Positions 62,550 to 64,000 of a stretch of 64,000 nucleotides of DNA are shown piece by piece. A model generated the notes under the pieces. It had not been told where the DNA came from. It worked only from the letters and a program-made list of their open reading frames with translations, and searched no databases. Origin of the DNA: Mobula hypostoma (taxonomy: Eukaryota); the NCBI RefSeq assembly GCF_963921235.1, contig NC_086108.1:73472001-73536000 (forward strand), in the 5' to 3' direction. The position numbers and the translations under genes are program-made. Every line of letters starts with the position of its first letter. Within the stretch, counting starts at the first letter, position 1.

Positions 62550-64000
62550 CAAGATCGATGTCGTCGTGGCTATCGCTCGAGGTCGAGGATAATTGTCTTC
62601 GTTCTGTTGATCTATTTATGGGCTCTCAAGTGGCTTATGAGTCCAATCTTGGCTTTGAAAGTTCTTCTGCATTCAGGACAGGTAGTTCCTGATGGCAAAT
62701 CAGGCTTTGGTTGTTGCTGCCTCTCTTTCCATTTTCTTCTCTTTTCTTCTAATTCTGCACATCTGTTGACTTCAAAAGTTGCTGTTCCTTCTCGGATGAT
62801 GGCTTGCCAGAGTTTCCTGTCCTTGGCATTGGTTTCCCAATTGTTGATGTCAATGTTACATTTCTTCATGTTGGCTTTTAAGACGTCTTTGAATCTCTTC
62901 TGTTGTCCGCCTCTTTTACGTTTGCCTTCTTTAAGCTGGGAGTAGAAGATTCATTGCGGCAGACGTTCGTGTTTCATCCGAACAATATGACCACTCCATT
63001 TTAGTTGGTTTGTGATGGTGTAGGCTTCAATACTTGTTGTTTTTGCTTCACTTAGCATGCTGATGTCGGTTCTTCTATCTTCCCAGCTGATATTTAAGAT
63101 GTTTCGAAGACAGTGTTGATGGAACTTTTCAAGTGCCTTCAGATGTTGTCGGTATGTTGTCCAGGTTTCTGATGCACACAGGAGCGTTGGGATTACCACT
63201 GCTTTGTACACTAATATTTTGGTGTTTGTTCAGATGCCACGATCATGAAAGACTCTTGTTCGGAGATGTCCAAAAGCTGCTCCAGTGCATTTAAGACGAT
63301 GTTGGATCTCGTCATTAAGGTCGACATTGGAGGAGAGGTGATTTCCAAGATATGGAAAGTGGCCCACATTTTCCAGGGTTGCTTCACCAAATTGAATTAA
63401 TGGTTCTATCCGTTTTGTCTCAGTTGGTGATGGTTGATAGATGATCTGAGTCTTCTTGGAATTAATGGTGAGCCAAAGTTTCGTGTATGCACGGTTGAAG
63501 GCAGTCAGAATCTGTTGTAGGTGGTTTTCTGAAAGAGCTGCAACACTGTTATCATCTGCGTATTGGAACTAGATGAGGGAACTCGTGGATGTCTTCGTTT
63601 TGGATTTGAGACGGGCAAGATTGAAAAATCTGCCATCTATTCTGTAGATAATTTCGATTCCTGGGGGTAGATCGTCCTTGATAATGTGGATGCTTGTTGC
63701 AATGAAGATGGTGAACAAATTTGGGGCAATCAAGCATCCTTGTTTTACTCCTGATCTAACTTGAAAAGACTCACAGTTACTGTTGCTGACCATGACTGTG
63801 GCAAACATGCCATCGTGGAGGAGTCTCAGGATTCGAATGTACTTTTCAGGGCATCCATAGGTGGATAGGACATCCCATAGGAATTCGCTTGATACCGAGT
63901 CAAAGGCTTTGGTGAGGTCGATGAATGCCATGTACAAAGGTTAAAGTTGTTCACAACATTTTTCTTGTAGTTGTCGCATTGTGAAGATCATGTCGATTGC
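62550..64000 (-). mobile_element. RTE-clade LINE 3' portion (RT and C-terminal zinc finger), continues beyond the window
   Basis: YMAFIDLTKAFDSV, GVKQGCLIAPNLF, QYADD, YKAVVIPTLL..ETW, CPECRRTFKAKIGLISHLRAH*. Confidence 0.92.

Overview
Eukaryotic, vertebrate-type genomic DNA. The repeat content points to a cartilaginous fish, probably a ray or skate (inference). The window is intergenic or deep-intronic and I recognise no host protein-coding exon. Roughly half of it is transposable elements, often nested: CR1-clade LINEs (one full-length 4.37-kb copy, one copy with an uninterrupted 949-codon EN-RT ORF2, and a near-identical inverted pair), Rex1/Babar-type LINE fragments, an RTE LINE, tRNA-derived SINEs, a Tigger/pogo-like and a Tc1-like DNA element, and many Penelope-like (PLE) pieces. 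Three observations stand out. (1) All three CR1 ORF1/ORF2 junctions, from three different subfamilies, carry a correctly phased T_TTA_AAC slippery heptamer, then the ORF1 stop and a G-tract, with ORF2 in the -1 frame; this is a candidate programmed -1 ribosomal frameshift. (2) A young family of 100-240 bp PLE-derived, often fold-back insertions has 13-16 bp target-site duplications (TSDs), and several copies keep an intact minimal hammerhead ribozyme core. (3) Several fold-back structures and TE-free blocks rich in homeodomain motifs may be conserved enhancers. All coordinates and identities were read by eye.
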